A DNA stretch of 64,000 bases. Origin: Antechinus flavipes. Lineage: Eukaryota. This document shows, piece by piece, positions 63,372 to 64,000 of this stretch. The notes beneath the pieces were generated by a model, which was not told where the DNA came from, did no database searches, and saw only the letters and a list, made by a program, of their open reading frames with translations. The position numbers were made by a program, and so were the translations under genes. The DNA lies in NCBI RefSeq assembly GCF_016432865.1, contig NC_067401.1, positions 142,166,001 to 142,230,000 of the forward strand, read 5' to 3'. The first letter of the stretch is position 1; every line of letters begins with the position of its first letter.

Positions 63372-63393
63372 TCAGTTATAGTCAAGGGGGCTA
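63372..63393 (-). CDS. NSF: NSF last coding segment (phase-2 start, x-S-P-L-D-Y-N-stop)
   Basis: The minus strand reads tttctttgcAG|T AGC CCC CTT GAC TAT AAC TGA, similar to the mammalian NSF C-terminus ...ASPLDFD*. It is followed by the NSF-type UTR motif AGTGACCAAGGGAAGTGACCAAGGTGAAGATG. Tail-to-tail WNT3-NSF synteny is known in human. Confidence 0.9.
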
Positions 63394-64000
63394 CTGCAAA
63401 GAAACATCAAAGAAACAATTACAAGGTTGATAGAGTTGTCCCTTGAGCCTTTCCAAAAATGAACCAGTTAAAAAAAGTCTCTTTGAGAACTTTTTCTTCC
63501 TATTGCTGCACTGGCTGTGCAGGATGATCATATTCACGATCAGTGAATGGTAAACTGATTTGACACCCGTTTTTACTGCTAACAAGTTTGGAGATGGAGG
63601 ACAGGGAAAACAAATCACCAGTACAACATCTATGTTTGTTTTATCACATCTACAATGGTAGTGAATAATTTGGAAAAGGAAAAAAAAATGCAAGGTCATA
63701 CAAGTGTGGTTGAGAATTCAAATATGTGGACTCTAGCAATTCTTAGAAATATGGAAGCATCAGGATTAAACAGAGGCAGCTATCAAAATGTAAGCTGGGT
63801 TGACAGGTTTAAATGTTATCTACTTACGCCCCTTCTTCTCTTAAGAGTGCCAGGAATTTTCTCACACGGTATTCAGGATCCATCTAAATATAATAAAAAA
63901 TATTAAAAATCCAGGTTAAAAAAAAATCCAGGTTAATAGTATACTGAACTTCAGTTAACTATATACTTAACTTCCTCCTAAGTAAATACTTATACCCGCA
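63394..64000 (-). other. NSF: NSF last intron (partial)
   Basis: Sequence upstream (on the minus strand) of the last-exon acceptor. The penultimate exon is not in the window. Confidence 0.8.

Noticed and set aside
1-64000. tRNA, rRNA, snRNA genes or CRISPR-like arrays
   Set aside because: None recognised. tRNA-like boxes belong to SINE heads, and the short repeats have no spacer-array architecture.

Overview
Marsupial genomic DNA, probably a dasyurid such as the Tasmanian devil. This is inferred from the marsupial L1/MAR1/RTE repeat types and six short scaffold gaps. The + strand carries most of WNT3: about 31 kb of intron 1, coding exons 2-4 (31131-31372, 42289-42554, 43123-43602), a 12.2 kb intron inside the 3'UTR, and a non-coding exon 5 (55829 to within the gap at 57606-57859). 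Exon 1 lies upstream of the window. The - strand carries the last exon of NSF (22 coding nt plus a 3'UTR of about 1.6 kb), tail-to-tail with WNT3. The rest is mostly transposon-derived: L1, L2, L3/CR1, RTE, MIR/MAR1 SINEs and hAT/TcMar MITEs. Several insertions have readable target-site duplications (TSDs). I find no convincing new protein-coding system. The best leads are non-coding: a dyad-symmetric pair of FOXH1-type sites in intron 1, a motif-rich CpG island in intron 2, an unidentified polyadenylated retrocopy fragment, a pre-miRNA-sized hairpin between WNT3 and NSF, a CTCF site, and several local duplications. Comparisons with human sequence and repeat family names come from memory and need confirming by alignment or RepeatMasker.
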